A DNA stretch of 64,000 nt from Gammaproteobacteria bacterium (lineage in GTDB: Bacteria > Pseudomonadota > Gammaproteobacteria > CAJXQU01): assembly GCA_965238175.1 (NCBI GenBank), contig CBDEGZ010000003.1:288001-352000 (forward strand), given 5' to 3'. A program made the position numbers and the translations under genes. This document shows positions 11,353-21,400 of this stretch, piece by piece. Positions within the stretch are counted from its first letter, which is position 1. Every line of letters begins with the position of its first letter. Under the pieces are notes generated by a model. It was not told the origin of the DNA, did no database searches, and worked only from the letters and a program-made list of their open reading frames with translations.

Positions 11353-12385
11353 TACGCTCACCGATCGCCGGTCATTATTTTTGATTCTCGCAATTAGCAG
11401 CATGTCTGCTTGTGATTACCCAACGAAACCCGATCTGGTTGGTTTTAATTTTTTACAGGACAGGCATACTGCAATGAATTCAACTGGTGCATGCTTATCA
11501 ATGCAACACTTGCGTCTAACAGGTGCAAACTCCGTCGTTCTTGTACCTTTTTTAAAACAAGATACACCTCAATCTATTGTTGTTGACAAAAGTGATGCCG
11601 TCACAGACGAACAACTGATTGCTGCATTAGAACTGGCAAAAAAACACCATTTACATCGCGTGCTTAAACCACAAATTTTGATTGAAAATTCCTGGGCTGG
11701 TGCCATTACACAACAAAATTCTGAACAAGAAACCAATTGGTTTAATAACTACACTCAGCAACTTCTTTATTATGCACAGCTTGCTGCAACCCATCAGGTC
11801 GATGCCTTTGTGATTGGTACAGAATTAAAAAAAATACAAGCTAGCAAACATTGGCCTGACGTGATCAAAAAAATACGATCCGTTTATTCTGGAAAACTAA
11901 CTTATGCAGCAGGAGAAGTTGCAGGCATTGAAACGTTTCCTTATTGGGATCTACTCGACACCGTTGGCGTGACCTTGTATCCCGACATGACACAAGAAAA
12001 AATCACCGATACATTAACAGAACAATTAGAAAAACTGGCAAATGATTTTCAACAACCGGTCTGGATTCTCGAAATCGGTATACCCTCAGCAAAAGGTTGG
12101 GAATCACGACCATGGGATTGGCGTTCGATAGAAACATCATCGCCGTCGGCAGATCCAGATGCTCAGGCAAATTTGATCCGTCGCTGGTTAACCTCGTTGG
12201 AAAAAACTCAATCGTCAAATATCGAAGGGATCTGGATCTGGCAGTGGAACAGTTCTCCACAAGCGGGTGGCCGTAATGACACCAGCTACACCGTACAAAA
12301 TAAATTGGCTCAAGCCGTTGTTCATCAACACTGGCGATCTCCGCTTAGTCTATTTATGAGGAAAATCAGCGAATGTACAAGTTAA
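11342..12385 (+). CDS. Glycoside hydrolase, GH113-like TIM barrel, probable lipoprotein
   Basis: Likely start ATG at 11342; lipobox-like MSAC; LKPQI, VIGTEL (acid/base Glu), FPYWDLLDTVGV, ILEIGIPS (nucleophile Glu). Confidence 0.7.
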   Translation: MNLDTLTDRRSLFLILAISSMSACDYPTKPDLVGFNFLQDRHTAMNSTGACLSMQHLRLTGANSVVLVPFLKQDTPQSIVVDKSDAVTDEQLIAALELAKKHHLHRVLKPQILIENSWAGAITQQNSEQETNWFNNYTQQLLYYAQLAATHQVDAFVIGTELKKIQASKHWPDVIKKIRSVYSGKLTYAAGEVAGIETFPYWDLLDTVGVTLYPDMTQEKITDTLTEQLEKLANDFQQPVWILEIGIPSAKGWESRPWDWRSIETSSPSADPDAQANLIRRWLTSLEKTQSSNIEGIWIWQWNSSPQAGGRNDTSYTVQNKLAQAVVHQHWRSPLSLFMRKISECTS

Positions 12386-13200
12386 TATTTTCTCTTTTAT
12401 TACTCCCGATTTTAATCCTTCCGCGAAGCAGTTTTGCGGTCAGCCCCTGGATGTTATCTGAAGGTGAGCTCTATTACTCAGGTGGTCTTAGTTATTCGAC
12501 CAGTGACAAAAGTTGGGATCGTAGCAGTAAACTTAGAGACTCCAGTTGCCATTCACAAACTTTCCGATCAAATCATCAGCTGGAATATGGTTACAGCTAC
12601 TACCACACCCTAATTGCGAATTTGGAATTAATCGATAAACATTGTGGCGATGAAGACTACACAGGCCTGGGTGACTTACGTCTTGGCATCCGTGGACGAT
12701 TAAATGTATTTGAAAATGGTAAAACCTGGGAAGTAACTTTGATCGTTCCAACCGGCTACTCACGCAGCAACCGCACTCGACCTGGCAATGGAGAATTCGG
12801 TATTGAAGGTGGGTTAGCGTATCTTTCTCGTGGTGAAGAAAGAGACTTCGCACAGCAGTGGGACTTTCTAACCGGTGCATCCGTACGTTTATGGGCGAAC
12901 GGTCCGGCAGATCAGTTTTTAACCTACGCAACAGTCCGCCGACATATTGGAAAATCTGGTCGTTTGAGCGTGGGACTCAGTGCAGATATTTCTTTTCAAA
13001 ATGAAGGCAACACCAGAAATAACTTTGCCGATGGAACACAACTTTCCGATTACGATAGAGTAACTGCAAGAATAAGCTGGGCAAATCGACTCAACGAAGA
13101 CTGGCGGTATAAAATCGGTGCTTCCCATGTAGCCTGGGGACGAAATGCAGGACACAGTATGAAAATCGGCATCACATTCAGTCGACACTGGGGGTCATAA
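12373..13200 (+). CDS. Putative outer-membrane beta-barrel protein (possible polysaccharide export pore)
   Basis: Signal peptide (SSFA-V), alternating amphipathic strands, GLGDLRLGIRGRL, aromatic residue near the C-terminus (HWGS). Confidence 0.55.
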   Translation: MYKLIFSLLLLPILILPRSSFAVSPWMLSEGELYYSGGLSYSTSDKSWDRSSKLRDSSCHSQTFRSNHQLEYGYSYYHTLIANLELIDKHCGDEDYTGLGDLRLGIRGRLNVFENGKTWEVTLIVPTGYSRSNRTRPGNGEFGIEGGLAYLSRGEERDFAQQWDFLTGASVRLWANGPADQFLTYATVRRHIGKSGRLSVGLSADISFQNEGNTRNNFADGTQLSDYDRVTARISWANRLNEDWRYKIGASHVAWGRNAGHSMKIGITFSRHWGS

Positions 13201-13218
13201 ACCATTGGGGTTATAAAA

Positions 13219-14997
13219 ATGAGCAGCTATTTAACTAAAAAAAATAACTCAACAATCATACGATCAATTTTAAAATTTTTATGTGCATTTCTTTCTGTCT
13301 ACGCCATTCACACATCTGCAGCAATACAAAACGAGATCCATGCACTGCACCTGACAATGGATGAATTGGATGCCGAAGTTATTTTCCGTAAAGAATATAA
13401 TGACAAATCATCATTCCCAGTCACGGTCATTGATACAGGTGATCAAAAATTAACGGGTCGCGTTAAAGTCTCTGGCAGTTTCTCCAGGCGCTTCAATAAA
13501 AAAAATCTGATCATAAAACTTGATAACGACCAACTATGGAATGGTCAAAAAAAGATTTCCTTAGATGGCATGGCAACTGATGGCTCCATGTTACGCGAAT
13601 GGCTGGCCTGGCAATTAATTGAAGATCTTGGTATGTCGGGGCCCAGAGTAGAATACATCCGTGTGTACATAAATAAAAAGTACCACGGGCTTTTTCTTCA
13701 AACAGAATGGATAGACACCAAATTATTTGATCGTTTTGGTCTTGGTAAAACAGGCCAATTTTTTCATCCTGTCGATTCAAAATTTTGTGGTGATTTTCGT
13801 TATTACGAAGATAAAAAAATTGAGTCTTGCTGGTTCAAACTCTCACCGCGAGATGATGACTTTACGCCTTTGATCGATGCCTACGCACAGATCAAAAAAA
13901 TATCAATAGAAAATTTTGATCAATACATTGCAAACAATTTCGATGAAGAATCAGTAATCAACTGGCTAGCACTTAATATCCTGACCAGCAATGGTGACAC
14001 TTACAACAAAAATTATTTTCTCTATCAACCAGAAGCGACAAAGAAATGGGTCGTCATTCCCTGGGATTATGATCTAACCTTTGGTCGAAATTGGGATCCT
14101 TTCCTTGAATTTCCAAAAAGTATTTTGAATGATAATTTTCAATATTATTATCCACCACAACTCGGCGCCGAAAATCCGTTAAAAGAAAAGGTCATGCGCA
14201 ATCCAGCATTGAATAAAAAAGTGATCGCTAAATTATTACACTTGCTCGGAATTGAAAAACAAGGAACAGACAATAACTTCGGCTGGTTTAATCCTGATCA
14301 ATTAAAGACAAGAATTGATCAAGCCGCCGTAAAACTCGAACCGCATCATGAAGGCGATCCTTTTTTAAAAGAGCAAGCTATCGACTACAAGAAAGAAATT
14401 CAAACTCTCTGGCATTATGCACAACGCCGTTATGCTTATTTAAAAGAAACATTGACCGGCGAATACCAATGGGATGCTGAAAAAGCAATGTGGAATTACG
14501 ATGAAGAACCGGCTCCTAGAAACCCTTTCCCAAGTTCCTTACGTGTTCGTCAAACGATTTTAGAAAATGGGGAATATACATTAATTACCGCACCGGCCTA
14601 TGGTTATGCCCTAAGTGGTATACGTTTAAAAGATAACCTCGGCCCCGCAGAATTCAGTGCCGAGTCAGAAATGGATCAACTTCCATTACTACTTCCGACC
14701 AGCTATCAACCTGAATCTTGTATTCAACGAAATTGGTACCTGTCTTTACTTTCGCCCTACCATGACAGAATCATGGATCTACAACTTGAATACTTGCAAG
14801 AAAACTCGCAAAGAAATGAAATCGGAAAAAATGTTAATGAAGCAGATCTAAAACTGTGGGCACTCAACGGACGCGAATGGAGACAACTCGATGCTCAAAT
14901 TAATACACTTTCAAATGTATTTACGCTTGAAAACTTCACCATGCAGTCAGGCACGGTTTTAAGATTTGCAGCTTGCTCAGTTGAGCAGAATAATTAG
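13219..14997 (+). CDS. CotH-family secreted atypical kinase
   Basis: Signal peptide; SGSFSR..KKNL, MLREWLA, YHGLFLQTE, NGDTYNKNYFLY, IPWDYDLTFG motifs typical of CotH. Confidence 0.85.
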   Translation: MSSYLTKKNNSTIIRSILKFLCAFLSVYAIHTSAAIQNEIHALHLTMDELDAEVIFRKEYNDKSSFPVTVIDTGDQKLTGRVKVSGSFSRRFNKKNLIIKLDNDQLWNGQKKISLDGMATDGSMLREWLAWQLIEDLGMSGPRVEYIRVYINKKYHGLFLQTEWIDTKLFDRFGLGKTGQFFHPVDSKFCGDFRYYEDKKIESCWFKLSPRDDDFTPLIDAYAQIKKISIENFDQYIANNFDEESVINWLALNILTSNGDTYNKNYFLYQPEATKKWVVIPWDYDLTFGRNWDPFLEFPKSILNDNFQYYYPPQLGAENPLKEKVMRNPALNKKVIAKLLHLLGIEKQGTDNNFGWFNPDQLKTRIDQAAVKLEPHHEGDPFLKEQAIDYKKEIQTLWHYAQRRYAYLKETLTGEYQWDAEKAMWNYDEEPAPRNPFPSSLRVRQTILENGEYTLITAPAYGYALSGIRLKDNLGPAEFSAESEMDQLPLLLPTSYQPESCIQRNWYLSLLSPYHDRIMDLQLEYLQENSQRNEIGKNVNEADLKLWALNGREWRQLDAQINTLSNVFTLENFTMQSGTVLRFAACSVEQNN

Positions 14998-15028
14998 AAA
15001 TAAAGTTTTATTTGAGAGTGTTTTTATA

Positions 15029-16254
15029 TGTAGAAATTCAGATTTGATCTGACAGTTACCCAATTATCAGTAACCGACTGTCAGGTTAAGTTTAATTCAC
15101 AAACTTTTCCTTCCAGATAGCTTGTCCGTCGATGAGTGTTTCCATCGGCGTCCTCCCGCAGCACATTTTGCCTTGGTGAGTTCGTTGAGTATTGTATTTG
15201 AGCAACCATTCGTCAAGGTCGAGTTGCAGTTCATCAATCGATTGGTAAATTTTCTTACGCAAAGCGACTTGATAAAACTCATTGAGGATCGTCTTATGGA
15301 ATCGCTCACAAATACCATTCGTCTGAGGTGATTTGACCTTGGTTTTGGTGTGTTCGATATTGTTCAACGCCATATAAAGCTGATAATCATGCTGGTCAGC
15401 TCGCCCACAATACTCCGTCCCTCTATCTGTCAAAATGCGCAACATAGGCAAACGTTGTTCTTCGTAGAATGGGAGGACGCGGTCATTGAGCATGTCAGCT
15501 GCCGTAATCGGTGTTTTAGTCGGGTACAGTTTCGCGTGAGCGACCTTGCTGTAAGTATCAACAAACGTTTGTTGATAAACCCGACCAATGCCTTTGAAAG
15601 TACCGACATAGTAAGTATCTTGCGAGCCAAGATAACCAGGGTGTGCCGTCTCTATCTCGCCACAAGCCTCATCGTCGTCTTTCTTGCGTTCCATCGCCGC
15701 GACTTGAGACTCAGTGAGGATCAAGCCTTCACCAGCTACCTTATCAGACAATGCCTTCAGGCGATCTTTAAAGCAAGCAAGACCATGACGAAGCCAGATA
15801 CAACGAACGCCACTGGGTGAGACAAATGTTCCCCGTTTGCGCAGCTCGTTACTGGTGCGCGTTTGACCATGTGCGGGCTCTTCCAGTGCATACTCGAGCA
15901 CAACGGTTTCAATAGCCGGGTCGATTCTGTTTTTAAGATTTGGGGTACGCCGATTACGATCAAACAAGGCTTCTACACCGCCTTCATCAGCCGCTTCTTT
16001 GTAGCGATAAAATGTATCTCTGGACAAACCCATCATCTTGCAGGCTTTTGAGACATTGCCGAGTTCTTCAGCGAGATTGAGTAGACCAACTTTATGTTTT
16101 ATAACTTTGTCATTAGTATGAATCATGAGAGTTACCTCTTTGTGTTTTGATGTTTACGTTGCAGTTACATCAAAGCGGGTAACTCTCACTAAATCAAGCG
16201 TCGCTACGCTCCGCTTGATTTAGTGATGTGTCAGATTGGGTCTAAACTTCTACA
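15029..16254 (-). mobile_element. IS481-family insertion sequence, copy 1 (1226 bp)
   Basis: Ends TGTAGAA...TTCTACA with imperfect terminal inverted repeats; near-identical to 55072-56297; no target duplication visible. Confidence 0.93.
15092..16126 (-). CDS. IS481-family transposase
   Basis: N-terminal HTH (NVSKACKMMGLSRDTFYRY); rve DDE core (SQDT, LTDRGTEY, PQTNGICERFH). Confidence 0.95.
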   Translation of the reverse strand: MIHTNDKVIKHKVGLLNLAEELGNVSKACKMMGLSRDTFYRYKEAADEGGVEALFDRNRRTPNLKNRIDPAIETVVLEYALEEPAHGQTRTSNELRKRGTFVSPSGVRCIWLRHGLACFKDRLKALSDKVAGEGLILTESQVAAMERKKDDDEACGEIETAHPGYLGSQDTYYVGTFKGIGRVYQQTFVDTYSKVAHAKLYPTKTPITAADMLNDRVLPFYEEQRLPMLRILTDRGTEYCGRADQHDYQLYMALNNIEHTKTKVKSPQTNGICERFHKTILNEFYQVALRKKIYQSIDELQLDLDEWLLKYNTQRTHQGKMCCGRTPMETLIDGQAIWKEKFVN

Positions 16255-16282
16255 ATTAACCTGACTACTTCGGGAATAACAA

Positions 16283-18409
16283 CTAGGTTTCAAAAACTAG
16301 TTCGTTCTGTTCTTGGTTATTATTGATCAGTAATTCTTCAAATTGTTTTGCAGGAACAGGTGGACTTAGATAAAACCCCTGATACTCATCACAACCATTC
16401 GTTCTTAGGAAGTTGAGATGATCGCTTGTTTCGACACCTTCTGCTACGACATTAAGCTGCAGACTCTTCGCTACGGTAATAATGAGCTTTGCTAATTCGC
16501 CGTTTTTTCCATTTGCATCAATATCTTTTATAAATGCGCGATCAATTTTTAAGGTCGTTAGAGGTAGTTGATTGAGGTAACTTAATGAAGAAAATCCAGT
16601 TCCAAAATCGTCCATTGAAATACTAATCCCCATATTCTTGATGGTTTCGAGTAAATGGATCGAAGTATCAATATTATTCATGGTACAGCTTTCAGTGATT
16701 TCAAGGTCAACATGCTTGGAATCTATACCTGAACCTTCCAATGCGCTACAGACTTCATCAATAAAAATTTGGTGGTTAAATTGTTTGACTGAAACGTTGA
16801 CACTTATCTTAAGGTTATCATAACCTTTCATGTGCCATTGCATTGTTTGTTTACAAGCTTCTTCTAAAACCCATCTACCAATTGGGATAATCAAACCTGT
16901 TTTCTCAGCAATTGGGATGAATTCAAATGGTGGGACCAGTCCTCTTTCGGGGTGGTTCCAGCGAATTAAAGCCTCCATCCCTTTAATTATTCCAGTCTCG
17001 ACACAAACTTTTGGTTGGTAGTAGATCTCCAGTTCATTATTCCCAAGTGCTCCACGTAAGTCCTTTTCCAGTACAAGGGATTGAAGGGCTTCAGATTTCA
17101 TTTCTTCATTGTAAAAACAGAACTGATTTCCACCGGTTTCTTTAGCGCGATTCATTGCTAGATCGGCTTGCTTGATCAGATCTTCTTTCTCATTTTCATC
17201 CTCTGAAGACATAGATGAAATCGCAATACCAATGCTCCCTGTACTGATCAATTCATGGTCATTGACAATATGCGGATTTGATAAAATTTCCAGTAATTCT
17301 TGAGCAATTCCAATCACATCATCTTTTGAAGTTACTCCTTCAAGAATAAGAGAAAATTCATCACCACCTAATCTAGCTAGAGTATTGGCTTTCTGCGTTA
17401 CATTTCTCAAACTTTCAGTAACTGATTGGAGAAACTTATCTCCAACTTCGAGCCCTAAAGAATCATTAATATTCTTAAAACGATCGAGGTTTACTACCAA
17501 AACAGCAATTTCTTCTTGTGTGTGTCCCGGGATTGCTAGTGCATGTGCTAAACGATCTTTGAACAATGTTCGGTTTGGTAGATTAGTCAGGTTGTCATAA
17601 TAAGCCTGATGATGGATCTTTTCTTGAGCTATATGTTGTTCAGTGATGTCTTGTACTACACCAAGCATGTGAGATACTTTTCCCTCAGCATTAATGATCA
17701 ACTCGGCATGTTGATGAACAACCTGGAGTTTTTTGTCAGGATGATCTATCCGATGTTCTACATCGAATGGAATATTATGTTTTAGTGAGAAAAGTACGGC
17801 CTGTTTAACTTTCTCGCAATCATCTGGGTGCACCATTTCTAAGAATGCGGCACTGTTATTCTCAAATTTATATGAGTCTACACCAACGAGTTCGTAGACT
17901 TCTTCTGACCAATATTGATAATCTTTCTCTACATCCCAATCCCAGTAACCAATCCTCGCCATTCTATGAGCTTGACTTTGGCGTAGTTGATTTTTATATA
18001 ATTCCAGACTTGTGTTGAAAGTTTTTAGTCCATTACGAACCCTTTGTTTGAAGATCGGTAAATTAATGGGCTTAACAATAAAATCAGTTGCACCACTATC
18101 GAACGCTTTTTCTACAGATTCTGTATCTTCTAATCCTGTCAGCATCAAAATAGGGATCTTAAACTTATGTTCTTGCTCACGAATAGCAATAGAAGCTTGA
18201 TAGCCATCCATTACAGGCATTATTACGTCCATGACGATCATATTAGGAGAATATTCGGCAACAGAAGTCACGGCTTTCTGTCCATTTTCAGCGGTGATTA
18301 CATCATAACCTTCACTCTGCAGTGCTTTCTTGGTGTATAGACGACCGATAAGCTCATCATCTACAACAAGGATAAGCGGTGTTTTCCTTTCATGAGAATC
18401 TTTAATCAA
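16283..18409 (-). CDS. REC-PAS-GGDEF-EAL c-di-GMP cyclase/phosphodiesterase response regulator
   Basis: VVDD...MDVIMPVMDG receiver; PAS (VHPDD); ARLGGDEF; MEALIRW; DDFGTGFSSL. Confidence 0.93.
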   Translation of the reverse strand: MIKDSHERKTPLILVVDDELIGRLYTKKALQSEGYDVITAENGQKAVTSVAEYSPNMIVMDVIMPVMDGYQASIAIREQEHKFKIPILMLTGLEDTESVEKAFDSGATDFIVKPINLPIFKQRVRNGLKTFNTSLELYKNQLRQSQAHRMARIGYWDWDVEKDYQYWSEEVYELVGVDSYKFENNSAAFLEMVHPDDCEKVKQAVLFSLKHNIPFDVEHRIDHPDKKLQVVHQHAELIINAEGKVSHMLGVVQDITEQHIAQEKIHHQAYYDNLTNLPNRTLFKDRLAHALAIPGHTQEEIAVLVVNLDRFKNINDSLGLEVGDKFLQSVTESLRNVTQKANTLARLGGDEFSLILEGVTSKDDVIGIAQELLEILSNPHIVNDHELISTGSIGIAISSMSSEDENEKEDLIKQADLAMNRAKETGGNQFCFYNEEMKSEALQSLVLEKDLRGALGNNELEIYYQPKVCVETGIIKGMEALIRWNHPERGLVPPFEFIPIAEKTGLIIPIGRWVLEEACKQTMQWHMKGYDNLKISVNVSVKQFNHQIFIDEVCSALEGSGIDSKHVDLEITESCTMNNIDTSIHLLETIKNMGISISMDDFGTGFSSLSYLNQLPLTTLKIDRAFIKDIDANGKNGELAKLIITVAKSLQLNVVAEGVETSDHLNFLRTNGCDEYQGFYLSPPVPAKQFEELLINNNQEQNELVFET

Positions 18410-18411
18410 GT

Positions 18412-21400
18412 TTAGGTCACCAGTTCCATCATCAGTGTTTGTATTGCTGCTTGACTTTTTTCAAACAGAATACTGATCTCTTCTACCTGTGTATGGATAT
18501 TTTCTGTTTTAGCCATACAGCATTTCTCTTCCGTGTCTTTACAAAGTTCAAAAAGTTGTTGAATACCTAAAGCGCCACTACTTCCTTTTAAGGCATGCGT
18601 AGCACTTTTGACTCCTTCAAAGTTAGCCGCTTCCAGGTGACGTTCCATCTCAGTAATGTTTTTTTTGCCTGAGTTAACAAAAGCATCAATGATCAAATTC
18701 ATTGAATCTCCCATCGTCTCCATGGTTTCTTGAAACTTATGTTTGTCAATAATATCGGCTGCTGGCTTATGTCCTTTAGCTTTTATCTCATTCGAAATAC
18801 TTTCTTGAGATAAATTTTGATCTTGTACAACGAAATTCTTATTAAAGTTATTAACTTTTAAAGTTGTCAGACATCTAAATAGCATCTCAGACAGGCTCTT
18901 TAAGCTATAAGGTTTGGCAAGATAATCATCCATTCCTGCATCAAGACATTTTTCTCGATCACTTTCCATCGCGTTTGCTGTTAAAGCCACAATTGTAATA
19001 GGGTCTAGTGTGAACTCTGCTTCATGTTTTCTAATCATCTTGGTTGCTTCAAATCCATCTATTACTGGCATCTGACAATCCATCAGGATGAGATCGAAAT
19101 TTCCTACCCTTTGGAGATCTAAGGCTTCTTGTCCATTAGAAGCTACCTCAAAACTAAGCCCAAGTTTAGAGAGCATTTCTCGCCCCACGTGTTGATTAAC
19201 AGGATTGTCATCGACAAGCAGGATGTGCCCAGTCAATTTTTGGGTATCGTCAGAGGGGGCTTTTACTTTTTTCCATGAAGAGGTTTGCTTATTCAGAACA
19301 GTAACAATAGTGTCATACAGCATGGATTGCCTGATCGGTTTATTGAGCATCATATCTAGAAGATTTTCTTCATTGTTAACTCGCTCCAGACTCATCGAAC
19401 TCAGGAGAATGATCTTGAGATTAGCCAATGCGGAGTGGTTGCGAATTTCTGCAGCCACTTTCAATCCTGTTGTTTTGGGCATTTGCATATCTAACAATAA
19501 AATATCAAATGGTCGGTTTTGATCGGCAGCTTCTTTTAAGCGTTGAATGCCGATCTCAGGGTTAGTTTCAGTGATGTTCTTTGCACCCCAATTCTCAACA
19601 TACTCTTTCAGAATAAGACAATTGGTTTGATTATCGTCTATTGTTAGAAACCGGAGTGTGTCCATGTCTATCTCGAAATGACTTTCTCGAGGTAGGATAT
19701 TGAATGGCAATTCGAACCAGAAAGTTGATCCTTTACCCGCAGTACTGATAAGGCCAATTTCACCGCCCATCATTTCGATCAAATTTTTCGAGATTGTCAG
19801 ACCGAGTCCGGTACCGCCAAATTCACGGCTGGTTGAAGTATCGGCTTGCGTAAAGGCTTGAAACAATGAAACCTGCTTTTCTTCAGCAATCCCGATCCCG
19901 GAATCGATTACTTCGAAACGTAATCTACATTCTTCTGCTGATTCTTTTACCGTACTTATGTGAATACTTACTTCGCCTTCATATGTAAATTTTATTGCAT
20001 TACTTATAAGATTATTTAAAATTTGTTGTAGTCGTAAAACATCACCTTGCAGAATCGTTATTGTTTCTGGTGGAATGTAAACCGCAAGTTCAAGATTTTT
20101 CTGGCAAGCCAATTTGTAGAGAAGCTCTGCGGTATCTTCGACCGCTTTTCTTAGATCAAAATTAACTTTTTCGATATGTAATTTACCCGACTCAATTTTA
20201 GAAATATCAAGAATGTCGTTGATCACATTTAACAGCATGCTCGCTGATCCATGAGCGGTTTCAATGTAGCTTGCTGATTGCTGATCCAGATCCATATTGT
20301 TAAGTAGATCCAGCATGCCTAAAACACCGTTCATCGGGGTTCGGATCTCGTGACTCATATTTGCGAGAAAGTCAGATTTTGCCTGCGCCATATCCTCTGC
20401 ATTTTTTCGAGCCTGCTTTAATTCAGTATTGATCTTTTCATTTGCGATAGCGACACCGAGAAGATCACCAATGAAGTTAAGAGTATCCAATCGAGATTGA
20501 TCGCTCGAAGGGTATGGATCTGTATAGATAAAGAGAATGCCTAGAATTTTGCCACTATTCCAGAGAGGGACGATGTAATGACCATGAGGAGTTAGTTGAT
20601 CGAGTGTATTATCGTGATCAGTTTTTGAGGTGCAATAGTCCGAGATGAGTAGTTTTCCCGAAATTGCCACACTACCATAGAGCTCTTCGTAAACATCCAC
20701 CGTTTTTTCTTTCCAAACAAGTGCATTATCATCAGCACAATGTGCTACGAAGAGTTGTAGTTCTGATTTGTTATCTGCTAATAAGAAAACACTGGCGTTA
20801 TTTTGTGATTGTGCATCTTCTAATTTTGAAATCGTTTTGAGTGCATTGGCTACACGTTCTTCAAGACTTTCTTGCCCTTGAAGTATTTGTGCTACTTGAG
20901 CTCTTAGCAGAGCATCATTTTTATCTTTTGTATTTTGCAGATCCTGATCTTTGCTGGTCGTGATATCAGTTCGCATGGAAATATACTGGTAGGGTTTTCC
21001 CTCTTTATCCAAAAAAGGTACGATGGTTGAGTCTACCCAATAATAAGATCCATCTTTTGCCTTGTTTCTTATTTCACCATGCCAAACTTGTCCACTGGCG
21101 ATTGTTTGCCACATGTCTTTAAAAAAGGACGGCAAGTGTTTATTAGAATTTATGATGCGATGATCTTGTCCTAAAAGTTCATCTTTTGAGTATTTACTAA
21201 GTTCAATAAATCTATCGTTAACGTGAGTTATTTCGCCGCAGACGTTGGCTTTGCTGATAATGGCATGCTGATCCAGTGCATATTGTTGATTTGCCAGTTC
21301 GTTCTCTTTTTGGTCGTTTTCAAATTTCAGGTGAAGGTTTGCAAGATAATTTTTATTGATCCGCATGGCACCATTAAATTGGAATAGAAAGGAAAATAAC

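Noticed and set aside
15097-16051. Small alternate-frame ORFs repeated in both IS copies
   Set aside because: Shadow ORFs that repeat only because the IS is duplicated; the same applies to antisense ORFs over the core genes.
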